Positions 9,122 through 16,801 of a DNA stretch of 64,000 nt are shown piece by piece; the stretch's first letter is position 1; every line of letters begins with the position of its first letter. The translations under genes were made by a program, and so were the position numbers. The stretch lies in the NCBI GenBank assembly GCA_964498005.1, contig CAZCFU010000001.1, positions 9,374-73,373 of the forward strand, given 5' to 3'. Below the pieces are notes generated by a model that saw only the letters and a program-made list of their open reading frames with translations, was not told the DNA's origin and made no database searches. The stretch comes from an uncultured Oscillospiraceae bacterium. Its GTDB lineage: Bacteria; Bacillota; Clostridia; Oscillospirales; Oscillospiraceae.

Positions 9122-10633
9122 TCAGTGGGATTTTAGGATGAAATCAAGCTCGAAATCGGCGGGTTTTGTCTTTTTTGCCTTTCGGTAGGTGATAATCTCG
9201 ATCACAGAATGGAGCAAAGCGTTTTTTTGGGCGGCATCGCTAGAACGGTAGGCGTCCAAGACGGCACGGATATTGGTGGCTTGCACGGTGGGCTCATAGG
9301 CCATGGCCTGATCTAGGCGGCGCTGTGCGTCCTCCAGACGGCGCTCTATGTCGGATATCTTCTCCTTCACGGTGGACATACGCTCCCGATAAGTAGGCAG
9401 ATCATACTCTCCAATTTCCAGCAGTTCGTGGAGTCGGGCCTTTTGGCGGTTGGCGGTTGCCAGTTCCTTGCTGATAGCGGAGACAGATTCTTCGAGCGGG
9501 GCCAAGTTCTGCTGATGATCCGGCTGCTCCAATTCGATTTGCGACAAAATGTCCTGCAAATGGTTGAGTATGCGAGCTTCCACCAATTCGAGCTTAGCGG
9601 CGGCACAGCACCCCTTACGTGTGCAAAGGAGATATTCCTGTTGGTTTTTGAAAACCATGCGCTGGAGGTTGCCGCCGCAGTTGGCGCATTTCACCAGCCC
9701 CGCAAGCGGGCTTTTGACCGTTCCGTCGTTGTGGGAAGGGTGGTAGCGGCCTGCCATGATGTCCTGCACTTTGTCATACAACTCCTTATTGATGATCGGC
9801 GGGTGGAGCCCATCGGTGATCGTCCACTTTTCGCGCGGATTGTAAATGGTGATATGTTTCTGGTTGCCCTTAGTGTTTTTCTTGATGTGGGTTTTCTGAT
9901 CCCAAACAATTTTGCCTATGTAGGTCGGGCTGCGCAAGATCTGGGCCACACTGCTGCGAGAAAAGGCGGCGGAGCGGCGGGGGCGGGCGCCCATGGCGTT
10001 GACGTGATTGGCAATCAGAGTGCAGCCATAGCCGCTTGCGTACATATCGAACATAATGCGCACAAATTTCGCCTCTGGTTCGTAGGGCTCCAGAGTGGGA
10101 CGGCGGTCAATGGTGACCTTTTTGTATCCATAAGGAGCATTGGCCACATAGCACCCATCCTGGATAGACCGCTGGAGGCCGCGCCGCAGGCGTTTGTTGA
10201 TGATCTTGTATTCCCGGCGGCTCATAAAGGTTTTAAACTCTGCCAGCTCGTCATCGATTTCGTCAGACAGGTCGTAGACCTTATCCGGGGTGACGATCAG
10301 GGTGCCGCTGTCCTTGAAGGCGTCCAAGATGATCCCCTGATCCTTCATCCTGCCGCGGGAAAGTCGGTCCAGATCCATGCACAGCACGGCGTCGAAGCGG
10401 CCCGCCTCCACGTCCTCCAGCAGTCGGAGCATCTGCGGCCTAGCGTATAGGCTCTCGCCGCTGACCACCTCGGGATAATAATCCACGATGTCGAGGCCGT
10501 GACGCTGGGCGCATTCGTCCAGCCCCTGCCGGTGCCGGCGCAAGACCTCCTCTGTGTCCAGGCCCTCTTCCATGCGGGATTTCCGCAGATAGACCGCAGC
10601 GGTTTGGCCAAGCATATCTTTTTCATTGGTCAT
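9122..10633 (-). CDS. Large serine recombinase (integrase, SpoIVCA-like)
   Basis: YLRKSR catalytic Ser, DLDRLSRG, recombinase domain, CANCG zinc ribbon, coiled coil; ATG 10633 preferred (TTG 10651 alternative). Confidence 0.95.
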   Translation of the reverse strand: MTNEKDMLGQTAAVYLRKSRMEEGLDTEEVLRRHRQGLDECAQRHGLDIVDYYPEVVSGESLYARPQMLRLLEDVEAGRFDAVLCMDLDRLSRGRMKDQGIILDAFKDSGTLIVTPDKVYDLSDEIDDELAEFKTFMSRREYKIINKRLRRGLQRSIQDGCYVANAPYGYKKVTIDRRPTLEPYEPEAKFVRIMFDMYASGYGCTLIANHVNAMGARPRRSAAFSRSSVAQILRSPTYIGKIVWDQKTHIKKNTKGNQKHITIYNPREKWTITDGLHPPIINKELYDKVQDIMAGRYHPSHNDGTVKSPLAGLVKCANCGGNLQRMVFKNQQEYLLCTRKGCCAAAKLELVEARILNHLQDILSQIELEQPDHQQNLAPLEESVSAISKELATANRQKARLHELLEIGEYDLPTYRERMSTVKEKISDIERRLEDAQRRLDQAMAYEPTVQATNIRAVLDAYRSSDAAQKNALLHSVIEIITYRKAKKTKPADFELDFILKSH

Positions 10634-10669
10634 CCTTGCTTTTTCCTCCAATGTTTGCTAAGATAAGAG

Positions 10670-10740
10670 GGCAGAGCGGCCGCAAACCTTCTGCCTCCTA
10701 GCCCGTCCCTGGTGTTGGAAACGCCGGGGGGCGGTTTGTA
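10670..10740 (+). ncRNA. Predicted cis-antisense sRNA to the integrase leader
   Basis: TTGCTT-N17-TAAGAT promoter with TG extension (10636-10664), followed by two hairpins. Confidence 0.4.
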
Positions 10741-10939
10741 CTTGCAATCTGATCAAAACACCATATTTTGTGGTTGCTGCATAGTGCATCTAAAAAGTCA
10801 ACAAAAATTTTTTGAAAAGTTCGTAGAATTTTCCCGTATATTTTTGGGTAGATTGATAGTATAATAAGTATGTGGTCGGCAATGACCACCAGATAAAGAA
10901 ATGACGCCTGTCATCTTCTCCGTCTGCAACCCCAAAGAG

Positions 10940-11057
10940 GAGATCCCCTGCCTGGCTGAAAGAGTGGGGAACGAAAAAAGCGGTGAGCTCTCTCCGTGAT
11001 GAGAGAACGAAAAAAGCGGAGAACCCCTGCCGAACAGTGGGGAACCAAAAAATGCGG
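10940..11057 (+). ncRNA. Type III antitoxin RNA (ToxI-like), about 3 degenerate pseudoknot units
   Basis: Units ending GAAC(G/C)AAAAAA(T)GCGG, between a TATAAT (10860-10865) and a terminator, directly upstream of a ToxN-like gene. Confidence 0.75.
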
Positions 11058-11080
11058 GATGGCTTCGCTGTCCCGCATTT
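11050..11080 (+). terminator. Terminator between antitoxin array and toxin
   Basis: AAATGCGGGATGGC-TTC-GCTGTCCCGCATTT hairpin. Confidence 0.75.
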
Positions 11081-11100
11081 CTTAATACGGAGGAGATTGT

Positions 11101-11592
11101 ATGGAGAAATTGCGTCTTTACCATATCCGTGAAGGGTATGTAGAGTTTTTACACAAGGCGGACAGCCGAGTACAATTAAACAAAGGCGAGCACAGGCCCT
11201 ATGTGGGCATTGTGATGACTATTGGAGAATACGAATATTATGTTCCATTGGAATCTCCAAAGCCAAATCATGCAAACATTAAATCTGGAGGTCCAGTGCT
11301 AAAGCTGGACGGTGGCACACTTGGCATCATGGGATTCAATAACATGCTCCCCGTAAAAAGGTATCAGCTCATTGAGTTCGACATTTCTGCGGTAAGTGAT
11401 GTGAAGTACAGAACACTTTTGCTAAAGCAGTTGGCCTTTATTGAGAAAAATAAGCGGGTGATATATGACCGCGCGGCAGCTACATATCGAAAAGCTACAG
11501 ATGGAAAGAATCCATTTTATCGAAAGATATGTTGCAATTTTAAAAAACTTGAATCAATTTGCGATAAATACAAAGTGAAAAAACCAAAATGA
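11101..11592 (+). CDS. toxN: Type III TA toxin, ToxN/AbiQ family endoribonuclease
   Basis: RPYVGIV..YYVPLESPK, FNNMLPV, CCNFKKLE motifs typical of ToxN/AbiQ; AT-rich; upstream repeats plus terminator. Confidence 0.85.
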   Translation: MEKLRLYHIREGYVEFLHKADSRVQLNKGEHRPYVGIVMTIGEYEYYVPLESPKPNHANIKSGGPVLKLDGGTLGIMGFNNMLPVKRYQLIEFDISAVSDVKYRTLLLKQLAFIEKNKRVIYDRAAATYRKATDGKNPFYRKICCNFKKLESICDKYKVKKPK

Positions 11593-11606
11593 AACATAAA
11601 ATTTCC

Positions 11607-11641
11607 TAACCCCCGGCGATATAAGTGCCGGGGGTTATTTT
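11607..11641. terminator. Terminator between toxN and the convergent operon
   Basis: TAACCCCCGGC...GCCGGGGGTTATTTT. Confidence 0.65.
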
Positions 11642-11699
11642 ATGCCGTTTCCATTTGGGTGCACAATCGGTTCAATGAATTATGTAGGACGGAATTATT

Positions 11700-12401
11700 T
11701 CAATGACACTGACCACATCGTGTATACCCACGTGCCAGCAATTCACTTTCTGGGGCGTTGGAGGTTGCGTAATTTTGTGGGGCGATTCTTGCAACAGATC
11801 CGCAGCTGGGATAATGGATTTTCATCGTATGTGTGTTCAAGACCCATGTTTGGGATGTATTTTGTTGGTCTGGATTATCCCACGTGGTGAAATTGTTTCC
11901 GTTTCCGCCGTTCCCTTCCACTTGAGATCCGCCGGTCGTGGGCTCTGGCGTAGGTTGAGGTGTTGGCGCCGAGGTGGGTTCGGGAGTAGGCGCTGGCGTC
12001 GGAGCTGCTTCTGCTGTGGGTTCGGGCGTCGGTGTTGCCGTCGGTTCCGGCGTGGGCGTAGGTTTCAGTGTGGGTTCCGGCGTCTGAACTGGTTCCGCGC
12101 TTTCCTGCGTCACGGCCGCACTTGGAAGGGTTCCCCTCGTCGGGGTGTCTGCGGTTGATGTTGAATTGGTGGGAACTGTCAGCATGGTTCCGACAAAAGC
12201 GACGCATAGAACAGCGCCCTTTGTGAACCCACGCAAGCCGCGCTCTGAGAGGAATTTCTGCAGCGGCCCGATCGGTGCGGCGATTGCTACAAATATGAGA
12301 GCGATAATACTGCTTATGGACGGGAAGAACGCAATGACAGTAATCCCCATAAAAATGGTCAGCGCCCACATGAGGATGTGCTTTTTCTTAGATGACTTCA
12401 T
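11700..12401 (-). CDS. Membrane protein with Pro/Thr linker and C-terminal Cys/His (Ada-like metal-binding) domain
   Basis: 3 hydrophobic segments, PTPEPT repeats, [12 protein letters not shown]...[17 protein letters not shown] before ATG 12401. Confidence 0.7.
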   Translation of the reverse strand: MKSSKKKHILMWALTIFMGITVIAFFPSISSIIALIFVAIAAPIGPLQKFLSERGLRGFTKGAVLCVAFVGTMLTVPTNSTSTADTPTRGTLPSAAVTQESAEPVQTPEPTLKPTPTPEPTATPTPEPTAEAAPTPAPTPEPTSAPTPQPTPEPTTGGSQVEGNGGNGNNFTTWDNPDQQNTSQTWVLNTHTMKIHYPSCGSVARIAPQNYATSNAPESELLARGYTRCGQCH

Positions 12402-12417
12402 TTTGCGGCCCCTCCAA

Positions 12418-12696
12418 TCAGCAATAATAAGTGATTTGCCCAAAGTGGGCAAGCCATTTTTCAATGACCTCGCCGCTCCGGGCCTCGATCACGTCCATGA
12501 TATTACGCAGCGTGTGGGCAGGGATACGGGAGTTGTTATTGCACAGGTAGCACTTGCCAGCCTGAGTGATCCAAATTTTTGTAGCGCCCGCACTGGGAGC
12601 GCCCGGACAGACGTGGACGTGGATTGGCTCCAGCGGGTCGTTTTCGTTCGACCAGAAATAAACCCAGTAGGAACCAATCTTAAAAACTTGCGGCAC
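12418..12696 (-). CDS. DUF4160-like protein (putative TA component)
   Basis: [29 protein letters not shown] motif; GTG start after GGGAGG. Confidence 0.7.
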   Translation of the reverse strand: MPQVFKIGSYWVYFWSNENDPLEPIHVHVCPGAPSAGATKIWITQAGKCYLCNNNSRIPAHTLRNIMDVIEARSGEVIEKWLAHFGQITYYC

Positions 12697-12952
12697 TGTC
12701 AAAGCCTCCCTCCTGGGCAAAGCGCAGGATCAGGTGGGCGGTGGAGCGCACCACCTCTTGAAGCCGATCCAGTTCGGTGGGGGTGAAACCCTCCATATCC
12801 TCCCACGCATAGCCGGGAAGCCAGCAGGTGGCGTGGTGGAAGCAGGCCGCTGCATCGGGCCGCTCCATGTAGACCTTGACTTGACCGTCGGGTCGCATTT
12901 CAGAGTGGACGATTTCGGTGCCATCATCCAATGTGAGAAATGGGTACATCAT
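12680..12952 (-). CDS. Hypothetical acidic protein coupled to the DUF4160-like gene
   Basis: ORF MMYPFLTLDDGTEIVHSE overlapping the start of the DUF4160-like gene; AAGAGG RBS. Confidence 0.65.
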   Translation of the reverse strand: MMYPFLTLDDGTEIVHSEMRPDGQVKVYMERPDAAACFHHATCWLPGYAWEDMEGFTPTELDRLQEVVRSTAHLILRFAQEGGFDSAASF

Positions 12953-13250
12953 AGAAAGACCTCTTTTCATTCCCGCTCGGCCGAGCGGGATTTTTTGTGT
13001 TTTTCCTTATGCTGGGTATTTTCTCAATACTAACGCAGGACATAAAAAATTACCAATATTTACACATTGACGTATTGGAATATAAAACCTATAATTTAGT
13101 AAAGAACAAATCATAAAACAGTAAATGGAAATCGCAATAATAAAGCACCATTTCCGCTTAAAGGGCAAGTGGCGCCGCTTTCACACCGCTCATCTGCTTG
13201 GAGTGGGCCATAAATCGGACATTGGGAGAAAAAAACCACTTTTTTGGGTG

Positions 13251-13279
13251 TTGACATATAGAAACTGATGTTCTATAAT
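13251..13279 (+). promoter_or_regulatory. Consensus sigmaA promoter with overlapping LexA (Cheo)-like box
   Basis: TTGACA-N17-TATAAT; AAAC-TGAT-GTTC at 13262-13273 (1 mismatch to GAAC-N4-GTTC). Confidence 0.7.
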
Positions 13280-13317
13280 CCAGTACAGATGAACGATGAC
13301 ATAAGGGGGCACAGAGG

Positions 13318-13497
13318 ATGGAACACGCGAATCCAGGAAGCAAATATGTGGGCAGACCCAATCTTTTGCGGGTGGCAGTGGAACTCACAAAGTGCAAAAA
13401 CCCAGATAAAGCCCTTGGGGCCATGCGATTGGCACTAAAAGGCGGCGTTGATAATTCTGCAAATAGCCAAGAGAATCTCAGCCTGCCGATCGGTTAA
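13318..13497 (+). CDS. 59-aa hypothetical protein, candidate SOS-induced antirepressor
   Basis: AAGGGGG RBS, ORF MEHANPGSKY...SLPIG, downstream of the LexA-box promoter, overlaps the 3' end of cI. Confidence 0.5.
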   Translation: MEHANPGSKYVGRPNLLRVAVELTKCKNPDKALGAMRLALKGGVDNSANSQENLSLPIG

Positions 13498-13845
13498 GTC
13501 GTCGCCATCCTTGATGATGCCCTCTGAAACAAGCAGGTCGTTCAGCTTATCGAACATATCAGATACATTTTCCCCCGGCGCGGCTTCGGCTGTGCTGGGG
13601 AGATTTTTTTCTGATGAGACACTTTTGCCATAGTCGGAATCAGTTATTTCGTCTTGAATCCAGAAATCTAATACGGTATCAAAATAGTTGGCTAATATGC
13701 GCAGGGTCGAAATCTTCATTCCCTCGTAGCCTTTTTTATACCACCCATCAATAGTTGTGTACGGGATGCCGCTGTTCTGCGAAAGGGTCCTTTTGTTTAG
13801 AGAATACTTCTTCATCATAAAATCAAGCTTTTGTAGGAAATCCAC
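13435..13845 (-). CDS. CI-like XRE HTH repressor (no C-terminal peptidase domain)
   Basis: N-terminal HTH LSQNSGIPYTTIDGWY; divergent from cro-like gene. Confidence 0.85.
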   Translation of the reverse strand: MDFLQKLDFMMKKYSLNKRTLSQNSGIPYTTIDGWYKKGYEGMKISTLRILANYFDTVLDFWIQDEITDSDYGKSVSSEKNLPSTAEAAPGENVSDMFDKLNDLLVSEGIIKDGDDLTDRQAEILLAICRIINAAF

Positions 13846-13906
13846 AGCCCCACCTCCCAGCTAAGTAACAGCATACCACAGCACAAAGGAAATAGCAAGA
13901 AAAATT

Positions 13907-13985
13907 TTACCCCTATTCGTAAAAAACTATTGACAGTTTACGAATAGGGGTATATACTATGAGCATCATTTACCCCTGCGGGTAA
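13907..13985. promoter_or_regulatory. Lysis/lysogeny switch: three operators TTAC-N8-GTA(A/T) and rightward promoter
   Basis: 13907-13922, 13938-13953, 13970-13985; TTGACA(13930)-N17-TATACT(13953). Confidence 0.75.
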
Positions 13986-13991
13986 AAGGAG

Positions 13992-14204
13992 GTGAAAACG
14001 ATGCTTAGGTTGAAACAGGCGTTAGATGCGAAGGGCATGACAATAAAAGGAAGTGCGGGACTTCTGGGCATTTCGGAAAAAACCTTGTACAACAAAATTG
14101 TTGGGGCTACCGAGTTCACTTACGGTGAAGTGAAAAAACTCCGGGCCATGTTGCCGGAATACAACGTGGACTTCTTGCTTGAAGAGGCCCAGGACAGCGC
14201 ATGA
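13992..14204 (+). CDS. Cro-like HTH regulator
   Basis: 70 aa, AGLLGISEKTLYNKIVGATEFT HTH; AAGGAGG RBS. Confidence 0.8.
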   Translation: MKTMLRLKQALDAKGMTIKGSAGLLGISEKTLYNKIVGATEFTYGEVKKLRAMLPEYNVDFLLEEAQDSA

Positions 14205-14318
14205 AAGGAGGAGGCTGGATGAAAGTCATCATCGAAGGGGAAGCAAAAGAAATTGCCGCCCTTGTATTGGCGGTACAAGGGCGGCAGGTAGCAGTGAATG
14301 CAGGAGAGATCAAACTGT

Positions 14319-14588
14319 TTACTGAGCAGGAGATTCGGAAACGAGTGTGTCGAACTCTGGAAGCTCTATGCCTTGTGCCTTCATGTACCGCGCAAGAGAT
14401 GCATGATATTCTTTCAAAGCTAGGTAGATATGACGATCCCTAGCAAGAATGGCCATTTGACGATCTTGGAGCTGCTGTGGATCCGCCACGTCGCTATTCT
14501 CAGCGGCAATTCTGGCGGCTTCTTCCAGTAAAGCAAGCGCGTGGTTTTGGGTGTATTCAGCTGCAACTTTTTTCTCAAAGGAGTTCAT
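14319..14588 (-). CDS. Hypothetical moron protein (89 aa)
   Basis: Own promoter TTGCGC-N17-TATAAT (14625-14653) and AGGAAAGG RBS. Confidence 0.55.
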   Translation of the reverse strand: MNSFEKKVAAEYTQNHALALLEEAARIAAENSDVADPQQLQDRQMAILARDRHIYLALKEYHASLARYMKAQGIELPEFDTLVSESPAQ

Positions 14589-14739
14589 TACAAAAACACC
14601 GACCTTTCCTTAAATGTTGGAAAAATTATACCACAACAGGAAAGAAAGCGCAAGGACAGACACCGCCCAGGACAGTGCGTAGGGCCGGTTTGTGGGTGCG
14701 ACGGGCGGGCAATGAAGCAAAGAGGGGAGGTGAAAAGAC

Positions 14740-14952
14740 ATGGACGACAAAGAAAGAGCCGTAATCGGCGGAGAAGCCGTGGCGGAAATGCTGGCCAGCG
14801 CCAAAAGGGTGAAAAAAGCAACCCAGCGGATATTGGAGGTATCCGCTGAGCTGCATCTCACATGGCATGAGTTGGAAGAAGCTGTGAGCAGCGTAAAACG
14901 GTGTGGCTACGTTTCATCGTCCCCTGGTAATGCGCCGGACAGGATCTCGTAG
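14740..14952 (+). CDS. Phage hypothetical protein
   Basis: GGAGGTG RBS, early-operon position. Confidence 0.5.
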   Translation: MDDKERAVIGGEAVAEMLASAKRVKKATQRILEVSAELHLTWHELEEAVSSVKRCGYVSSSPGNAPDRIS

Positions 14953-15092
14953 ACCATATTAAAGGTTTCTTTGACTTTCGGGGCAGTCTGCACGAAGTCT
15001 TTTATCTGAGAATCATCCATACGTCGCAGAACTTCTTGGGTATACAGCATAGCGAGGTCATAAGACGTCCGCTTCACGTCCAAAGCAATCAC
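14907..15092 (-). CDS. Hypothetical moron protein (61 aa)
   Basis: Own promoter TTGCCC-N17-TATGAT (15110-15138). Confidence 0.45.
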   Translation of the reverse strand: MIALDVKRTSYDLAMLYTQEVLRRMDDSQIKDFVQTAPKVKETFNMVYEILSGALPGDDET

Positions 15093-15158
15093 CCCCTTTC
15101 TCCGCCAAAATCATACCACATCGGCAGGGAAGGGGCAACACCGAAAGGAGGAGGCCAT

Positions 15159-15314
15159 ATGGGGGCCGATGAAAAGGAACTCGGTAAAAAAATTACAGAG
15201 GCGGTGTCCATCCTGCCCGATGAAAAGCGGGAGTTCATCCTGGGCTACGCCGAGGGCGTGATCGCAATGGCAAGCGCGATGCGTGAAGCGGAGCCGTGCC
15301 GGGACAGCGCGTAA
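15159..15314 (+). CDS. Phage hypothetical protein (51 aa)
   Basis: AGGAGGAGG RBS; LPDEKREFILGYAEG pattern. Confidence 0.55.
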   Translation: MGADEKELGKKITEAVSILPDEKREFILGYAEGVIAMASAMREAEPCRDSA

Positions 15315-15455
15315 CAACGGAGCGACGAGCGGGAGGGGGTGGTCATATGAGCAAGGATAAAAAGACGGCTCCTGCCGCAGAGGAGCAGGAGCCTGTCAAG
15401 TTGGAGCCGGGGGTGTTGCTTGTCCTCAACACGCGATAGGGCAACGCATGAGCTG

Positions 15456-16190
15456 CTATTCCTCATCCTCGATTTTGTCCTGAGTTGGTTTGTCAATCTC
15501 GCTCATGTACCCGGCGGTAATAATGCCGGAGGGCAAGGCCACAATGGCGATCCCGACAAAGGACGAAAGCATGGTGACGATCCGCCCAGCGGTAGTGACG
15601 GGGTAGATGTCCCCATATCCCATGGTGGTCAGGCTGACGGTGGCCCAGTACACGGCATCGAAGAACGTGTCAAAGGTGTCCGGCTCCACGTTGAAGATCA
15701 CTAGGGCTGAGATCAGGATGTAGGCTGCGGCCAGGGTGCCTACCGCAGCCAGCGGGGCTCGTTGCTTGCGGATGACCTTCTGGATGATAAGGATGCTCTT
15801 GGAGTATCGGAACATCTTAAACGCCCGGAACACCCGGAACGAGCGGGCCAGCCGGAACACCTTGAACAATTTCAACCCAGAGGACAGAGACGAGATGGAC
15901 GGGAGCACCGCCAACAGGTCAACGATGGCCATCGGCGTGAACGGGTACATCAAGAAAGACCGCCATCCTCGCCTGAGAGACAAATCGGCGGTGAGCAGCC
16001 GGGCCAGGTAGTCCAGGATAAAGAGTCCGGCGGTTATCTTATCCAAGATGGTCAAGGCCAGAGTGGTTTCCTTGAAGGCCAATGGAACCAAGCTCAACAC
16101 AATAGCCACCATCATGGTGTAGTCGTAGACCCTGCTGGCCCGGTCGTCCTCTCCGGCCAGCTCAATGATTTCAAAAATGCGTTGCCGCAT
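15456..16190 (-). CDS. Voltage-gated potassium channel (6TM ion transporter)
   Basis: S4-like KVFRLARSFRVFRAFKMFR, pore/filter YWATVSLTTMGYGDIYP; own promoter 16213-16241. Confidence 0.9.
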   Translation of the reverse strand: MRQRIFEIIELAGEDDRASRVYDYTMMVAIVLSLVPLAFKETTLALTILDKITAGLFILDYLARLLTADLSLRRGWRSFLMYPFTPMAIVDLLAVLPSISSLSSGLKLFKVFRLARSFRVFRAFKMFRYSKSILIIQKVIRKQRAPLAAVGTLAAAYILISALVIFNVEPDTFDTFFDAVYWATVSLTTMGYGDIYPVTTAGRIVTMLSSFVGIAIVALPSGIITAGYMSEIDKPTQDKIEDEE

Positions 16191-16244
16191 AAAATCGTCC
16201 CCTTCCGCCAAAATTTTACCACATCGGCGGCAGAGGGGCAACCA

Positions 16245-16320
16245 GAAAACAAAACGCCCCGCCAGGTGGTAGCAACACCTGACAGGGCAAATGACCTAAT
16301 GAAAACCAACAAAAGGTCGT
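16245..16320 (-). ncRNA. Predicted cis-antisense sRNA in the leader of ORF 16408
   Basis: TTGCAT-N17-TATAAT (16327-16355, minus strand), hairpin 16293-16318, terminator hairpin 16256-16288 + U-tract. Confidence 0.45.
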
Positions 16321-16407
16321 ATTGCAATTATACCATACCTTTTTATCGTATGCAAGCGGAAAAACGGACAAGCACAGAACATAGCATTTGGACAGGAGGT
16401 GCTTTCC

Positions 16408-16674
16408 ATGGAAGTGTCCGTAACCCATACAACAGAGATCGTCAGCGGAAAAGAATACCCGCTGACCATCATCAAGCAGCACGGCCCGCAGGAGATCGAC
16501 ATAGACGGCGTCCCGGTCAAAGTCGTGGACGTGACCATTTTCGAGAGCCCGCTGGGGAGGTCGCTCTGCTACACCAGGGCGCGGCCAGAGGCGAGCCCGG
16601 AGGAGCGTGCGGCGAACCGACGGCGGATCCAGGAGACTGCCACCAAGGCCATGATCGACATGGGGATCTGGTGA
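16408..16674 (+). CDS. Hypothetical protein (88 aa), candidate recombination directionality factor
   Basis: AGGAGG RBS; CATAGCAT sporulation-type -10 at 16380-16387; function inferred only. Confidence 0.55.
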   Translation: MEVSVTHTTEIVSGKEYPLTIIKQHGPQEIDIDGVPVKVVDVTIFESPLGRSLCYTRARPEASPEERAANRRRIQETATKAMIDMGIW

Positions 16675-16801
16675 GGGACTATCAAATCGCAAAATGAAAA
16701 TAGACCACAGCCCGCGCCGACAGCTTGGCGGCGAACCGGCTGTAGGGCCAAAAAGTAGGACAAGCCTACAGAGTTAGTCAGTACGCAAAGGAGCGATCAC
16801 A

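Noticed and set aside
8831..9136. 101-aa ORF as an intact gene
   Set aside because: It is the 5' fragment of the split gene reading into phage att DNA; the real start is ATG 8984
10940..11057. Repeat-spacer pattern as a CRISPR array
   Set aside because: Units are variable-length pseudoknot-like elements upstream of a ToxN-like gene; type III antitoxin fits better
11940..12090. Tandem DNA repeats
   Set aside because: Explained by the Pro/Thr linker coding sequence
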